64,000 nt of DNA, from assembly GCA_029953675.1 (NCBI GenBank), contig JAMWBK010000005.1:2046001-2110000 (forward strand). The letters are read 5' to 3'. The notes beneath the pieces were generated by a model. That model saw nothing but the letters and a program-made list of their open reading frames with translations. It was not told the DNA's origin and searched no databases. The DNA is from Rhodosorus marinus CCMP1338. Taxonomy: Eukaryota; Plantae; Rhodophyta. The first letter of the stretch is position 1, and each line of letters begins with the position of its first letter. A program made the translations under genes and the position numbers. Below, piece by piece: positions 25,499-40,339 of this stretch.

Positions 25499-26732
25499 CT
25501 AGTCCAGCTCATCCCAGATTTCTGGATCGTCGTCGATATCTACCCATTTTCTTCTGCTCTGCTGCTGTGGAAACATGGTAGCTTGAAATCCTCCCTCGAC
25601 TCCATAGACTTCTCCCGGCTTCTTTCCCCAGCCGAACAGTGCCGGGTTTCCTCCTACAAGCGTAAAGTCAGAACCGTTGGGGAACGAGGGCAGCTTGAGT
25701 TTGATCCTTTCCACTTCCTGAAATATTCAGAACAGTAAAAGAGTACTCCGGTTATCAGTAAGCCTCATTCCGAGAGTATTCTGAAGGCATGGCACAGTGG
25801 CATCTCTTAGACTTACCTCCGCTGGTAAGCAGTTTCCCACAACATAGTGAAAAGCCCCTCCGAAGCGACGGGCGGTGACCTTCGGGACACCCAAAGAAAT
25901 TAAAAGGTCTGGCTTCAAAGACAGCCCTCTCCACAAGTCCTCATCCTTTGGACCTTTAGTCAAGTGCCAGCCGGTTGGAACGTCGATTGAGACCGTGGGC
26001 CGTTCGCTGTTTGCGATCTGTGAGGCAGGGAGGAATGAGGAAGAGTGTAGAGCAGCTCAGATAGCCGGCAGGTTAGTAGAACCCTCAAAATTGCTGCGCT
26101 CATCTGCTACCTTCTCAATGACACTCATATAGGCTTGGTCCAGCTCGTTGTTGTCGTATTCCACGCCAACCATGGCATCGATGTAAAAATTGAAGTGGGC
26201 ATCAATTGGACCAGGCACAAAATCCAGATACTTGAGCCCAGCGTCGCGCACCATCTGTTCATCGAAATCCCTGACAGCAGAGGTGTACAATTGATTTGTC
26301 ATTGAGAATCGCCTACGCGTTTCGAAGGTCGGCCTTTTCTGTAGCAGTCGTGAGTACTTACGGATTGTCATCACAGGCGAGTACAGTCATTTCAAAACCC
26401 ATCTTGCTCAGCTCTTCCGCAGCACGAAATCCTACAGTTCCCTTATCTCCCGTACCGCATATGGCTATTCCTAGAGGATTCGCAGGTTCTGGAAAGCAGT
26501 CTGCGATAACCCTAGCGCTGGAAGTGCCGAACCGCGTCATCAGCGCCATTTTACCCCCTTCATACTCACTGTAAACCTTATCCAGTAGTTCCTTCGCGTC
26601 TTGAATGCTTGCAAACTGTTCCAGAGACTCCTCCGGCTTGTCTGCGCTCATTCGCACCGAACAGGTCATCCGCCGTCTCAACTTGACCTGCGCCAAACCC
26701 AGGCCATCAACAAACACATTTACAAATCCCAT
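25499..26732 (-). CDS. YjeF_N / NAD(P)H-hydrate epimerase-like protein with probable plastid transit peptide
   Basis: MGFV start; ICGTGDKGTVG at the GxGNNGGDG position; YIDAMVG; VSIDVPTGW; KPDLLISLGVPK...FGGAFHYVVG; LKLPSFP. Confidence 0.75.
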
Positions 26733-26857
26733 CGTGTATATGAACAAACCAAACACGGAAGAAGATAAGATTGACACTTTGTATGTACCACAGAAGCAGC
26801 GGCGTCCCCCGAAGTGAAGTACCGCTGTTAATTTCATAGCAACATCTGGCCATACAT

Positions 26858-28024
26858 CTTCAGGGTTATAACTTCATTTTTCCATAGTCGTTAGGCGCTT
26901 GGATTTATGGACTTCAGGATTCTTTTCAGACCCTTCAAGCGACTATGCCATCGCTTCAGGGTTCCAAGCAGAATACAAACGGGGAAAAGTCTAGCCTTAG
27001 GCTTGGAGGCGACGAGAAATAGGGTCAGTGTAGACCCGCTTCAATAGTCCCCACATCTCTATGTTACGAGTTGCACGTGGAAACTACTTCAGGGTTACAC
27101 GAACTGGGTTCGCGATCCATCTCGTTCTTCACCTGGTTTTCCATTGTCTACAAAGGTATTGAAAAGTACAAAACAAACATTCTGCCTCGATCCTTTCTCG
27201 GCGGAAACAGGGCTTTATGCATATAAAATATTTTTAACAAGCAGCTTCAGGATCGTAGCCACAACGCAGAATCGTACATCTTGCTTCAGCAGAGGAAAAC
27301 TGTGTTCTCCATGCTTGTGGGCTTAGACAATACTTGATCTACCTCCTCAGCGTCGTATAGTGGTTTTCAGGGCCGTGTCGCGCATATCTTCTGCCTCAGG
27401 GTGGGAATACTCCTGATAATACTCGGGTCTGAACTATTGTTGCACTCTCGTACGCGCACTACCTGCTTCGATACATGCAATCCGTGCATCTACGAGTAAG
27501 TTTCGGATTTTAATCCATAGTATACTCCTGCAGATGTTTATACTGGCAAATTCCGATACGGCAACTCATCCGCCATATCACGCGGTCCCATAACCCTAAA
27601 CTGCTGCTTCAGAGCTGATAATTGAGGTGTGAACTTTGCTCTGGAATTTGCGAACAACTCCACCTTTACAGAGGGTCGGCCATCTCTGGTCACCTTTCTC
27701 CATGTCGGCGCTGCTTTGGTACGAACAATCTCAGACAGGAATATAGGACTCGACGCGAGTTCTATCTCCATATCCGAACGAGTTCAATCTATCAGATTTT
27801 TCAGCAACCATGTTGGCACAGCTTTTGCTATTGAGTGGATGGAGCTGTTCGATCGTATGAATTAATTTCAGTGCTCGGCAGCATTTTCAAAGTCTGGCTA
27901 CCCACACCTGCAACTGTTCATGAATTGCGGACGCAAGGCTTCGGGAAAGATGCGTGACTTTGAGCGTGAGTATTCGTGATCCTGATAAGTTCCAGTTGGC
28001 CTGATGATGAGCACGCTTCAGGGT
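26858..28024 (-). promoter_or_regulatory. Cluster C of the motif, on the opposite strand
   Basis: CTTCAGGGT at 26858, 26954, 27087, 28016; CCTCAGGGT at 27394; variants CTTCAGGAT at 26912 and 27245, TTTCAGGGC at 27365. Confidence 0.55.
27538..27771 (-). CDS. Possible exon of a hypothetical protein
   Basis: 77-aa protein-like ORF; no family recognised. Confidence 0.2.
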   Translation of the reverse strand: MEIELASSPIFLSEIVRTKAAPTWRKVTRDGRPSVKVELFANSRAKFTPQLSALKQQFRVMGPRDMADELPYRNLPV

Positions 28025-28149
28025 GCTTGGATGAGTGTACTACTTGTCAGGAGGTGACAACGGGTTTGGAGGCAAGTGAAGCAATCCGGCGGTTTCAGTT
28101 CCAATCTAGGCGAGGGGTAAAGTGCAGGGTCGCCTGCGCTTTAGTATTA

Positions 28150-30374
28150 ATGGAAACCAAGGCGGGTGATTCCGAGAATTCAGGACAAACGAACTTCACT
28201 ACTTGGTCCAAGCGATGGAGAAGGACTACACAATGGACTCTATCCTGAGGGTTCAACAAGACCAGGAGGAGTCAGGAACCAGTAGAGGAGACGGTGTTCT
28301 TCCTGCTGGAGGACAGTATGAACCCAGCGAGCACGCCATTTCGGACGCTGGTGGTCTCGAAAAAGTACGTCAACGGTCACTACCTTTGTCCAGAATTTCA
28401 TCCCATTGCTAACTGCTGTGCGCACCCACGTCGACTTTGAGCAATGCCAGGCCGAGAGGAAAGAGCATGACCTCATCTCCTATGTGTTGGAAACAGTGGA
28501 TTCCGGGACGTGTATCGTTCAAATTCCTACTTCGCGAGTCGTCACTTTGGCCGGACAGTGCGTCATCGAGATCCTAGAAGGGACTATCAGAATCTGCGGT
28601 CTTTGCATGGTGGCCTCGCCGAAGAAATATCGAGTGTATTCATACCCATGGACTCAATATCTTGTGCAAATCGAGAGCTTGGATTCCAGTGCATATGGAG
28701 AACTGAGAAAGGAGGAAGATTCGCGCGCAATGAATTCCAAAAACGCGCAAACGCTCGACGGTAGTGTTCTTAGGGTTTCCTCTTTGGTGAGTGAGCTATT
28801 CCCCACTCTTCGGAATATTTCCTAAACTGAGAATACTCCTATTGGACCGAACGGGAAGCGGGTGCGAGCTCCAGATCGAATAACTGCAATACCCAACAGT
28901 ATCGAAGCAGTTCCTGGGCTTTTCTTGCTCAAGCCTCAAGGGGACCATGGCAAAGGACTACCACCGTATCTTGAGATATGGAATGAGTGGGAGCATCTTC
29001 TTCATGAGATACGAGAAGCTGGAAAGGTGAGACAATTACCGTCGCTCCCGTTCACGTCGGAAGCTTGCAGTCGGAGCTCACTCTTGAGTTTGTTCCTCCA
29101 TCGCCGATGCGTTCGTGCAGGATTCCAGAATTATTATCGTTGGTTCTAGAGGGGGTGGCAAATCCACGCTTGCACGATGCTTGGGAAACTACGTTGTTGA
29201 ACAGTTCGGGAAGGCGCTCTACCTGGAAACGGACTTGGGCCAGCCAGATAAGGTGAGAGTGACGCTAAGGTTGAAGTTTGTCGCATTGCACTGATGGGAG
29301 CAAGCTCTGCCAAAATTCGGTAGGCACCCCCAGGAATGCTCTCACTGCTCGAGCTTCGCGGAGTTGAGTATGGATCGCCAATGTCGCCACTGGATGAGTC
29401 CTCAGCAGCTGTTGTAAAGTCCCTTTTTATTGGACTTACTTCGCCGTCGGGAGATCCAGACGCTTATTCAGCTGCGAGTGTCACACTGGCGAGGTATGCT
29501 AGAACCTCTGCACAGGGTACACCACTCATTGTGAACACGCATGGATGGTTCAAAGGGATGGGTTTGGACTTCGTCAGTTCGATCGTCAAATCTGTAGACC
29601 CTACGATTGTCGTCTATATGGAACGGAATCAGAATCCTGTCGGATCCTCTGAGATGCCAGAAAAACTTGTAAGGGTCCATCCACATCGTCGTTGCCACCA
29701 ACGTATTGTTTTAGTCTAACTTGAAGCATGTCGCCTCCCTGTGCTCTGAAACAGGTGAAGGATTTGAACCAGGATACCTGCACTGTTCTTCGCGTAACCT
29801 CTGCGAAGACGTCCCACCCGGATCGATCTGGGAGGCACCTTCGCGAAGACCGAATAGCATCCTATTTCGGAAAAGAGAGCCCGACATATTGCGTTCCCTA
29901 CAAGTCAGTCAAGACTTTTTTCATTGACGCAGAAGTATGGCGGTCACTTGCAAGCGCTTGTTCGGGCTGTACTCCTCTATGCGCCTGATTTGGATTGCTC
30001 TATGGACCTCACTTGTTCAGGTGCCGGAGTCGCAAAAGTTTGTTGCGCTCAACGGCTCGCTCGTCGCTCTCTGTCAGTCAGATCCGGCGGAGCCACGACC
30101 ACAGATTTGGCCATGTTTAGGTCTTGGCATCGTTCGTGCAGTTAGCCCCGAAGACGAGATGCTATTTATTTGCGCGTCAATATCAGCGGACTTGCTGCGA
30201 TCAGTAGACGCCCTAGTGCTGAGCCGGTTCATTCAGATACCGACGGCGACAATGCAGCGATACGGAGAGCAAGGGAAGTTACCCTACCAGGCGGACGACG
30301 TAGTATCGCTCATGTCTGCGACTATGCAAGGCCGCGGCGGAGCACTTAAACGAAAACGACTCTCAGAGCCTTAG
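28150..30374 (+). CDS. NOL9: Polynucleotide 5'-hydroxyl kinase NOL9/Grc3, multi-exon; start approximate
   Basis: P-loop IIVGSRGGGKST, ETDLGQPD, FIGLTSP, PLIVNTHGWFKGMG, C-terminal ALNGSLVAL...CLGLGIVRAV. Confidence 0.9.
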
Positions 30375-31244
30375 CCCAACTCTCGAATTTGGCGAGCCCA
30401 TATATTATTATTGAACTGTCCAGTGACAGTCTTGCACACCACCAAAAGGCACAGTGTTTACCAACAGGAAACTGTCCGCATTATCTTCGAACTCGAGTGG
30501 AAAACGTAGTAGTTCTAGGGTCCACAAAAAAAATAACTGCGAACCTTGGTCAACGTTCGTATTGCGAAGACTCGGGATACCCACCTTGAACCATACTCGA
30601 AGATGTCAAAACGGGTTTACCGAGAACGGGCCAAAGATGAAAACTCTGGGATTCGCGAGCTTTTTGTGGTTTTTAGTCAACAGAATTAGGGTAGTCCATG
30701 TCCCCATCAACGGAACTCTGGATGCAGCTAGAGGCAAGTCTAGCGTGCGCGCTGTGAAGGGCACTTTAAGGCCTGGCCACCGCGTCCATTACCTAAGACC
30801 ACTATCGTAGCAGTAGGCCCTCGAAACTCTCTTTCAGACGCTACGGCCAATGTGTCCTACCCGAAGCCAATTCACTTTCACGTCGTTTCGTGCGGTGAGT
30901 ATTGCTCTTCCTCCAAGACGGAGGCTACAAAAGTGCGTAGAGCTAGCTTCCGTCTTAAGCTGTTCTTCAAGAAGCAACGTCCTTAGTGTGAAACTGTATC
31001 GTCTGACCACCTTTAGAGCAAAAACTTTCGGCCATCGGACGAGCTGAGAAGATTGTGTTTAGAGGATGGGCACGGGCTTTGGTTTCGGGCGAGAACAGTG
31101 GGAGTTTGTGATTTACTGTATGTGCTAATGAGCTAGGGTTTTCAAAGGAGGGACTCGGATAATAATACGGGTACTATTAGGTTTTCCCCTGATGTTTTGG
31201 ATTGGAGGGCAGGGAGGGGTACATACTAGAAAAGCAGCTTCGTG

Positions 31245-32578
<1,334 letters not shown>

Positions 32579-32989
32579 CAAGGAAAAGCGCGTGCTGCAA
32601 TGTACGGACCCTCGGTCACTTGATCCGGAAGTTCTTTACCGAGAGGAGCGGGGACCCCAGGGCGATGTTGCGCCGACATGATGAATGTGGGGGCTTCCGT
32701 CTATCCATTGTGTTTGTGCGGGTACGGCACTCTGCTCTGTTGCTCCCTAGCTGGTTGGAATGATCTCATATTGAGGACAACCAAAATATGAGTTTCCGAC
32801 AGTGATTTCCCCCCTGTATCTGAGTAGTCTGTTCATATGGCGAGGATTCCTTCCACGTGTTTCGGGTACAGTGTATATACGCTCCGTGTTCATGGCACAA
32901 GTTTATAATAAAGGTCGGAACTGAGGCTTGACGTGTTGTCCAGAAGAGGAACCTTTCTCTGTAAACCAGTAGGTTCGGCTGCAGATAAG

Positions 32990-34557
32990 CTACTTGGCGA
33001 ATGTATTGAATTCTTCCATCTCGGCGTCGTATCGGAGCTTATCCTCAGCCGCGAGTTCAATGTAGTAGTCCTTCTTGTTCTGCTCGAGGTTCGCCCATCG
33101 CCTTCCGAGCTCAATGCTGACCTCTGTTACCGTCGCGGAACCGTGCGTGGACATCAGCTCGAACTTGGTGTGCTCTCTAGCGTCGTTGGAGAAGAAGAAG
33201 AAGGCAGTCATGTTTCTCTTCGGCATCAGCGCCTTCTCCGCCTTCTTCTTCTGTTTTTCCTCACGCGCCTTGGCTCTCTCTTCCTTTTCCTTCGACAATT
33301 CAGCCTGCGAGTTAGCGAAAATCAGAACATGCAACAAAAAAATTCAGTCCGGTTTGGTGGAAGCGATGGCTATTGAGAGGTGCTCCAAACTTCGTACCGC
33401 CCTGTTCTTCTTGAACTGAGAAACTGCTACCTCGCTTTCTACTTTTTGACGATAAGCAGACAGAGCCTTTTCCCGCATGAGCTCATACTCCTGGCGTGTG
33501 CGCTCCTCCTCAATGCGTTTCTGCTCTGCAACCTTAGTTGCGTAGTCGGCCAGCTCTTTCTCGTACCTCTCCTTGTCCTTGGCGGCAAGAGTGTTCCACT
33601 TTTTTGCGCCATTCTTTCTTTTCTGCACCTTGGCCCACTCTTCGCTGACGATCTTGCTCACTTCGGCGAACTCCATCCCAGGATTCTTCGCCTTGATATC
33701 ACTACGCTTGTCTGCACTGTAACAGACAAACGCGCTCATCGGCTTCTTCGGAGGTTGGATAACCGCCTTAGAAGTCTTGTTCGATGCGGTACTAGGGGCC
33801 ACAGCTGATGTACCGCTGATTGCCTGCTCGTACAGCTCAAGAGCGGCTTGTGTCTTCAGCTGCTGATTGTAGTACTCAAGTGCCTTCCTCTCCTCCTCGT
33901 AGGCAGCGGTTTTAGTCTTGTAGACCCGCATCTCTTCATCATACCGAGCCTTGTCCTGCTCAGCGAGTTTATTGAAGTGCTCGATCTCTTCACTGAAAGC
34001 TGGGAGTGCTTTCCAGCGTAGGCCGAGTATCTTCGTCACCTCCATGTGAGATACTTCCGGATTTTCGCTCTTCACTTTCTCACGGTTGGCGCTGCAGTAG
34101 TGCATGTACGAGGTGGTGTACCTCCGAGGAGCCTGAATAGCAGGAGCCTGGGGGGCTGTCAAAAGTTCTGGAACCGCTGCGACCGCTTTCTGGGAGTTTG
34201 GTCCCCCCTAGAGTGACAATAGAGGAGGATTCGCAGGTGTCAGAGCGTAGCTTGAGAACTGTGCTGAGAATTAATCAGATAAAAACTCACCGTCTGCTTG
34301 TTGGCGTTGATCTGGACACTGTTAAGCTGCTCAGTGAGAGCGGCTACCTGATCCTCGAGTTCCAGAGTTTTGCTCTTCAGCGCCTGGTTCTCCTGCTCCT
34401 TCTCCTCAATGCTGCACAATAGTTCTTTTGCCTTGGAGCCCGAGACTGTCGTCTTCTTGGCCTTGAATGCCTCGTCAACCGGTGGAAGCTCGTTAGTATC
34501 GACGGTCTGGAGTGCTCCCCGTCGACTCGCGGTCGTCGTTCCTGCTCTACGCGGCAT
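32990..34557 (-). CDS. Three-HMG-box protein resembling plant 3xHMG-box; 3 exons, 3' end approximate
   Basis: Box 1 PRRYTTSYMHY...RWKAL; box 2 PKKPMSAFVCY...EEWAKV; box 3 PKRNMTAFFFF...RRWANL; N-terminal coiled coil and charged linkers. Confidence 0.9.
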
Positions 34558-35410
34558 GTTTCTACAAATATATCAGAACTAAGATGTATATTCCACCTCG
34601 ATCCTGATCAGCCTGATCTATGGACGCGTTGATGATCTGAAGTCAGGGCGTCTTCAGAACGCGAAACGGAGTTTACGATTGTGACTTTATACCCTTCTTC
34701 TCATGTGAGGGACGCGAGACTTCCAAATATCCGCACTCACATGCATTGATCGCTGAAAAGCTGAAAGCATTACTGTCAGCTTCTGCTGTTTTTTCTTGTA
34801 TTTTTCTACTAGATCTTAATTCGTAACGGCTAGACGGGGCACCAGATAAAATGCTTCACAAATATGCAGGTCGGGTTTTAGAGTGTGCGACCAAAGCAAA
34901 TTGCGCCAAGGCTTTTGATGGTGGCCATGATTCTCGGTAGAGTTTCCACGGCCGGGGCTTCAAGATGAATTTTCTAGACCGCGAGAAAGTGGTGTTTCAT
35001 CGTGGAATACGATGAGGTTGGGGCATCCCTGCCATACTACAAGGCTAAAACATGTTTGATGCAGAATTTGTCCGTAAGCTACTGTGCTTGTTAAGCTATG
35101 TGACGCCCACGCAAGCATCCAATCGATTCTCCTTCCGGGAGGGGGAAGAGTAAGACCCACGCATCGAATTTTCTTCAGTTTTCATCAGAATTTAAATATT
35201 TGAAAATAACGGCGAAGTCTCCCGAATCATCTGTTAGTGGGTCTATTGTGTGATTAGGTTAATGTATTGTTTGGGTTTATAGGTGCTCGGCATTTGTTCC
35301 ACAGGTTGTGAGGAGAGTCGCGAGACGTACGTCACGAGTTTTTGACTTGCTGTTCTCAGCAAATCCTCGATGTTCCAGCACAAACGTCCGTCCTAGGTAA
35401 AGCTTAGCAG

Positions 35411-38013
35411 CTATGTTCTTCGTTGAGAAGCGAAAGTTTCCAGCCATTCTTCGGCGTCCTTCAACTGTGTACGGGGGTTTCGAAGCTGCCACTTAATCAT
35501 CTGGTCAATTGCGATGCCAACAATACGACCTCCACCTATTGAAAAAAAAAACCGTCTCAGCTCCCGCCGAGACTGGTCGCACAGACAAGAAGCAGGAGGG
35601 GATCACCTAGCCGCCTAGCAATCACATCTCCTCTCAACAGCGGCTTCATTCCGACCCCTGTTAGGGCTTGCTCTTGCTCAACCATAGCCTGCATTTCCTT
35701 TAGCAAAGGGTGTGGCGCGCCAGTTTCAAGCCTCACAAGTGCAAGCTCTGGAACCCAGCTCTGTATCCAAACGCAAGGCGGAGCCGAAGCAGTATGCTAT
35801 GAGATAATATTCTGGGCCAAATTTGCATGGTGAACGTAGCATACATCACTCTTGCTCTTGTAGAACCAATATTTTAGGTCGTTCGGATCCTCCGGAAGTC
35901 CGTTTTCGACCAGCGGAGCCAAGTGCCCAGATCGATGTAGAATAGTAAGTGCAGCTTTGGCAAGGGTTCTGGACCATCTCAACTTCTCAACAATAACCTG
36001 TGAATAGGGTTCCCGATGCCTTAGCTTTGCTTGCGATCTTCCGAATTACTTTGCAACATGGACGGTTCAAAGCGGAGGCATACCCGGTCGACTTCATGAT
36101 GGGAAGACTTAAGAAACGCAGCAGACACCATGGAATTGAGCCTTGCATCTGCAGCTACTTCCTCAGCTTCTGCCAGAATTTTTTCTACAGCAAATACACG
36201 CCCTGGCATTCCTTGGAAGCTAGTCTCTGAGAACACACAGCCACCGATCCCAAACCTGCCAACAGCACAAAGCCACAACAGTAAGTTGGTAAGACGCGGA
36301 AAGATGGTGGAAAACAACTTGCGGAGCTGAAGCTCGCTCCAGCTGTTTCATGTCATCTGAGAACTGCTGGATGGAAGGTCGTACTCTTCTATAAGACGAA
36401 GGCCCATGGATACCCTCTTCGACGTAAAAATTTTCTTAACTTCAATCCCAACTCGCTCTCGGCTTACTTTCCTCGCGAGAGCTGCGTGGATCTGCTCATC
36501 ACGAGCAGCCCTGTCGTAAGGCAACACACACACAGAGAAAGACACAATCAGGGAGGGATACTAGGAACCGTGGACCCTTAAAAACTAGTGCCTAACCGCT
36601 GTTTCCAGAGTACCTTTTGAAATCGTCCTCAAGCTCAAAACCCAACTGACAAGCAAACCGAATCTAACGGGAAACCGCGAATACCCAGGACAGCGTTTGA
36701 CAGAACCCCAAAATGAAAGTCTGATCAGGAAACCAAAAGGAAACTTTGCACATCCGCCCTGGATTGAGCTGTGAACGATTCTCCCTGAGCCAACAACGTG
36801 CGGACAATGAATCCCCTCTGCAAGCGTCTCTTCCCGTTTCACAAGCACAACCGGAGTTCTTGGAGGAAGGTGATCCGATGTAAACCATTTTTCCCATCTA
36901 CTTTCGTTTCTCGTAGTTCACTGAACGTTTCGTGCATTTGCATGCATCCACGATTTGTTGTAGTGACTATGTTTGCCTCTGTTGCTCTCGCTTCTACAGG
37001 AGCGCCTGGTTTGCATGCCACCCAAGACTGCCGCAGGGGATCCGGTTCCTTAACGACAATAACGATGTCATTGCCCGAGCTTGTTTGGCCCAGGGTCGAT
37101 TCACGACTCTGGTCTGACCGTCATTATGGATCGCAGGTGAGGCTGTGGTGGTTTAGAAACGCTTACCCCTCGTAGGAGTCTCAGTGGATCATCTGCTAGA
37201 GTGGTGAGTGGATCGACGGGGGTTCTCAGGATCCCATTTTCTAGGTCATGAAGTCCTCGCCCTGTGAAGTCCTCGACTTGTTCAGAGCGAAGGTTGTAGA
37301 ATAGAGCATTGATTGTGAAATCACGGCGGTTTGAGTCCTCCTGAGGGGTTCCGAAGAGGACCGCGGCTGGTACTCTTGAGTTTTCGGTGTAGGTTTCCTG
37401 GGGGGGCGGGGTTGCACCATCGCAGAAGACGGATGTAATTGTTCAAGTCCACGTCTAGGGCTCTATAGGTTTCTTCTTTTCATACCTTCCGGAGGTGTAC
37501 GGCGTCAATGGATTTACCGTAGAGTGTGAACATGGTCGTCTCCAGGTGCTTTGACTGATCAGGGCGTGCGGCAAGAGTCACAGCTTGTGCGGAACTCCCT
37601 TCCAATCGATTGTATTCTGCAAGAAGAGCCTCGGAGAACACAGCCCCGGTCTCATCTTCCAAAGCGATGTCAACATCCTCGCAGTTCTTTCCAAGCAGTT
37701 TGTCTCTGACCCATCCTCCAGCGATTCGAATGTCTGAGCGAGATTTCACTCGATTCAACAGGCCAAACAGCTTGATCTCAGCTTCATCCAGCTCTATTGC
37801 TTTGTACCTTGCTCCACTGCACCCTGAAACATAACGAAAACAACTCCATCTCCCCTCTAACCGCTGTCGCAGCCGGTCTAGTCCATTCCTGTACGATATC
37901 ATCAACCCGGGCTCAGCAAAATTCACTGGCTCTGGAAGTCGGTAAAACCTCACGTAGCCTTCTCCAAAGGCAGCATTCGCCACCAGCGAAAAAACCACAC
38001 ACGTCCTGATCAA
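35411..38013 (-). CDS. tRNA nucleotidyltransferase (CCA-adding enzyme, class II); start uncertain
   Basis: RIAGGWVRDKLLG...DVDIAL, RPDQSKHLET, RRDFTINALFYN, DDPLRLLR across a splice junction, C-terminal KPLLRGDVIARRLG...IKWQLRNP. Confidence 0.93.
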
Positions 38014-38757
38014 TTCTCAGTAGATTGCCCACTGACATTTGAGATTCTTCTACCTCAAGAAACTGTTTTTGGATAGTGGATGCCCTGCACCCAGCATTTC
38101 TGCGGTCACCTCTGAGAATTCCTCACTGGAGGAAAGGGGTGGGGGAGATCCTCGGTTTGCGCAAAGGAAACGGAGTATCATGGAGTGAACGAGCGATGCT
38201 GTTCGTCCCATGGCGGGTTGACCATCCACTACCTGGATGCGGATTGAGGCGAACCTGGTCTGCATCAATCATTATGAGGACTTGTATCGCTTCACCAGCG
38301 GAGCGAGTGTCATATCTATCTAAGAGTCTTAGCGAGAGGCACGTTCGCAAGCAACGCACGTAGACAGCGCTTATTTAGAATTATTATTGGAATAGAGATA
38401 GCTCTACATCTATAACTAGAACTCTGCGCTCAGATGAACTGAAGTCTTTTAACGATTTCAAAAAAACGACTTTGACGAAACAACGGAGCCCTTTGTGAAT
38501 GCCACGCTGTTAAGAACCCGTCTGCAAAGCAAAGTAAACACGCACGCTTCTTGCGGGGAAGCGCCATCCACACAGATTTTCCATGACCGCAGTAAACACC
38601 TGTGCTCCTCAAGCGTTCAACGTATTGCGGAGAAACTCCGGCCCCAGTGATGCCAAGTAGTCCCGGAGTTGCTACTAAATTTGCATGGAGACCTTCCACT
38701 TCTGTGCATAGTGCTTTCCAAGTGGAAACTCTAAAGAAGAGCACACATAGGGAAGCC

Positions 38758-40193
38758 TCACAGCTCGTCAAATAGTTCCCGGTACAAGTCATCGTAGTAG
38801 TCGTCTTGTTCTATAAGTTCAGTTGCTTCAACGTCTTCCTCTTCATCGTCGTCATCCTCCTCCGTCTCGTCAGGGAATGGAAGCTCGTCCGGTACCTCCT
38901 TCAAACTCGGTATAGTTTTGCTTCGTTTCATCAGTGCTAGTACACTTCTCGGAACATCAGCTTTAGCACCCTGCAAGATCAACAAGTCGAGTGTGAATTT
39001 TTCGTCTCAGATTGATGCACATTCTCCAGTTCTTTCCAACCAGCCAGAGTCCATAGCGGATTCATACCTGCTCTGGGAGCTGCAGATTGGTCTCCTCCAA
39101 AATGATCTCATCTTCAAAGACGGCATCCAGATAGAAGGCTTTCGTTTTCGTCCTTGAAAAGTCCACCAACCTTTTGAATGTACACTGCGCCCACATGAGC
39201 ACCACACGCGCAAGATGAGTTTAACGCCGAGCCTCAACAGGATACATCGAGCGGATGTGCTCGACCGCTGAATGATCGCTGTGACATAAAGTCTTACCAT
39301 TTTGCATGTGAAGTTCTTAAACGTTGAGTCGGAGAAATCCACTTTGCCAAGAAACGTCACCTGGAACACACCCAAACACATGTTTCAGGTTGAGTGTGAA
39401 AGAGTACGCATTGATCCAGTTCTACGCACGTTTGTGAGGGTAACCTTCTTCCACGTAGACTCTTTGAAACTCGTGTCTCCAGCGATGACGACCTTAACAT
39501 CATTCAGGCGTGTGAAAATAGTGTGTGTCCGTTAGGGAATATTACTAACAGCAGCTAATGAGTAACTGACGACCCTCTGGCGTACCGAAGTAATGCTAGA
39601 CTTCACAAAAGCGCTTTTTGAAAGAAGCAAATCACCACCGAAATACACCTAGTTGACACGGTTCGATGCAGATTCGGTGGATTACGTGGACACGTTAGCA
39701 TGATCCGTTGGCAGCGTCTATTTCCCTGTTGTGTTATTTCTTACGTCCTCGAGGCTGCTGTTGACGAACTTCGCGGCGAACAAGTTGGCGGATCCGAGGA
39801 CGTAGGAGTTTTTGACCTCCGACTTCTTGAAGACTCCCGTAGTGAGGGCAAGGTCCTTCAAGAATGAGATCTGATTGCGGTGCGAAACCAAGCAGGAAAT
39901 GAGCACAAGCAGAAGTGCTGAGGAACTGGACTATCTGCAGATCCTACCTCCGTCAGCAACGAAGTCGTAGCCTGGAACGTGTTGATGACCATCGTCGAGA
40001 AGATCTTTATCCCCTCAAGCTGTGCACCATTGAATCTAACCTTGTGAAGCATGCTTGATCCGTGCAGCTCGGACTGACCATGGCAACAACAATGGCTTGA
40101 GGTTATGCACAAGTCAAAGGTTTTGTATGTACAATAAAGAACGTTCAGACTTACGTCCAATATTGATGTATCCGACAGCTTGAAAATTTCCAC
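38758..40193 (-). CDS. Hypothetical multi-exon protein with acidic C-terminus
   Basis: Several in-phase exon-like frames ending DETEEDDDDEEEDVE...RELFDEL*; no family recognised. Confidence 0.5.
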
Positions 40194-40339
40194 CGAAGCA
40201 CCACCTCCAATGGAAATCTACAGCGGTTGCCGATAATCAGAAAAAAAAACAAACGGCGAAAACCCGTCGGAGCTGCCGGGAGTAGGCCATCGCGAAAAAG
40301 AGCTCTTGCTTGAATTGCTGGTTCTGCGTACCTTCTTCA

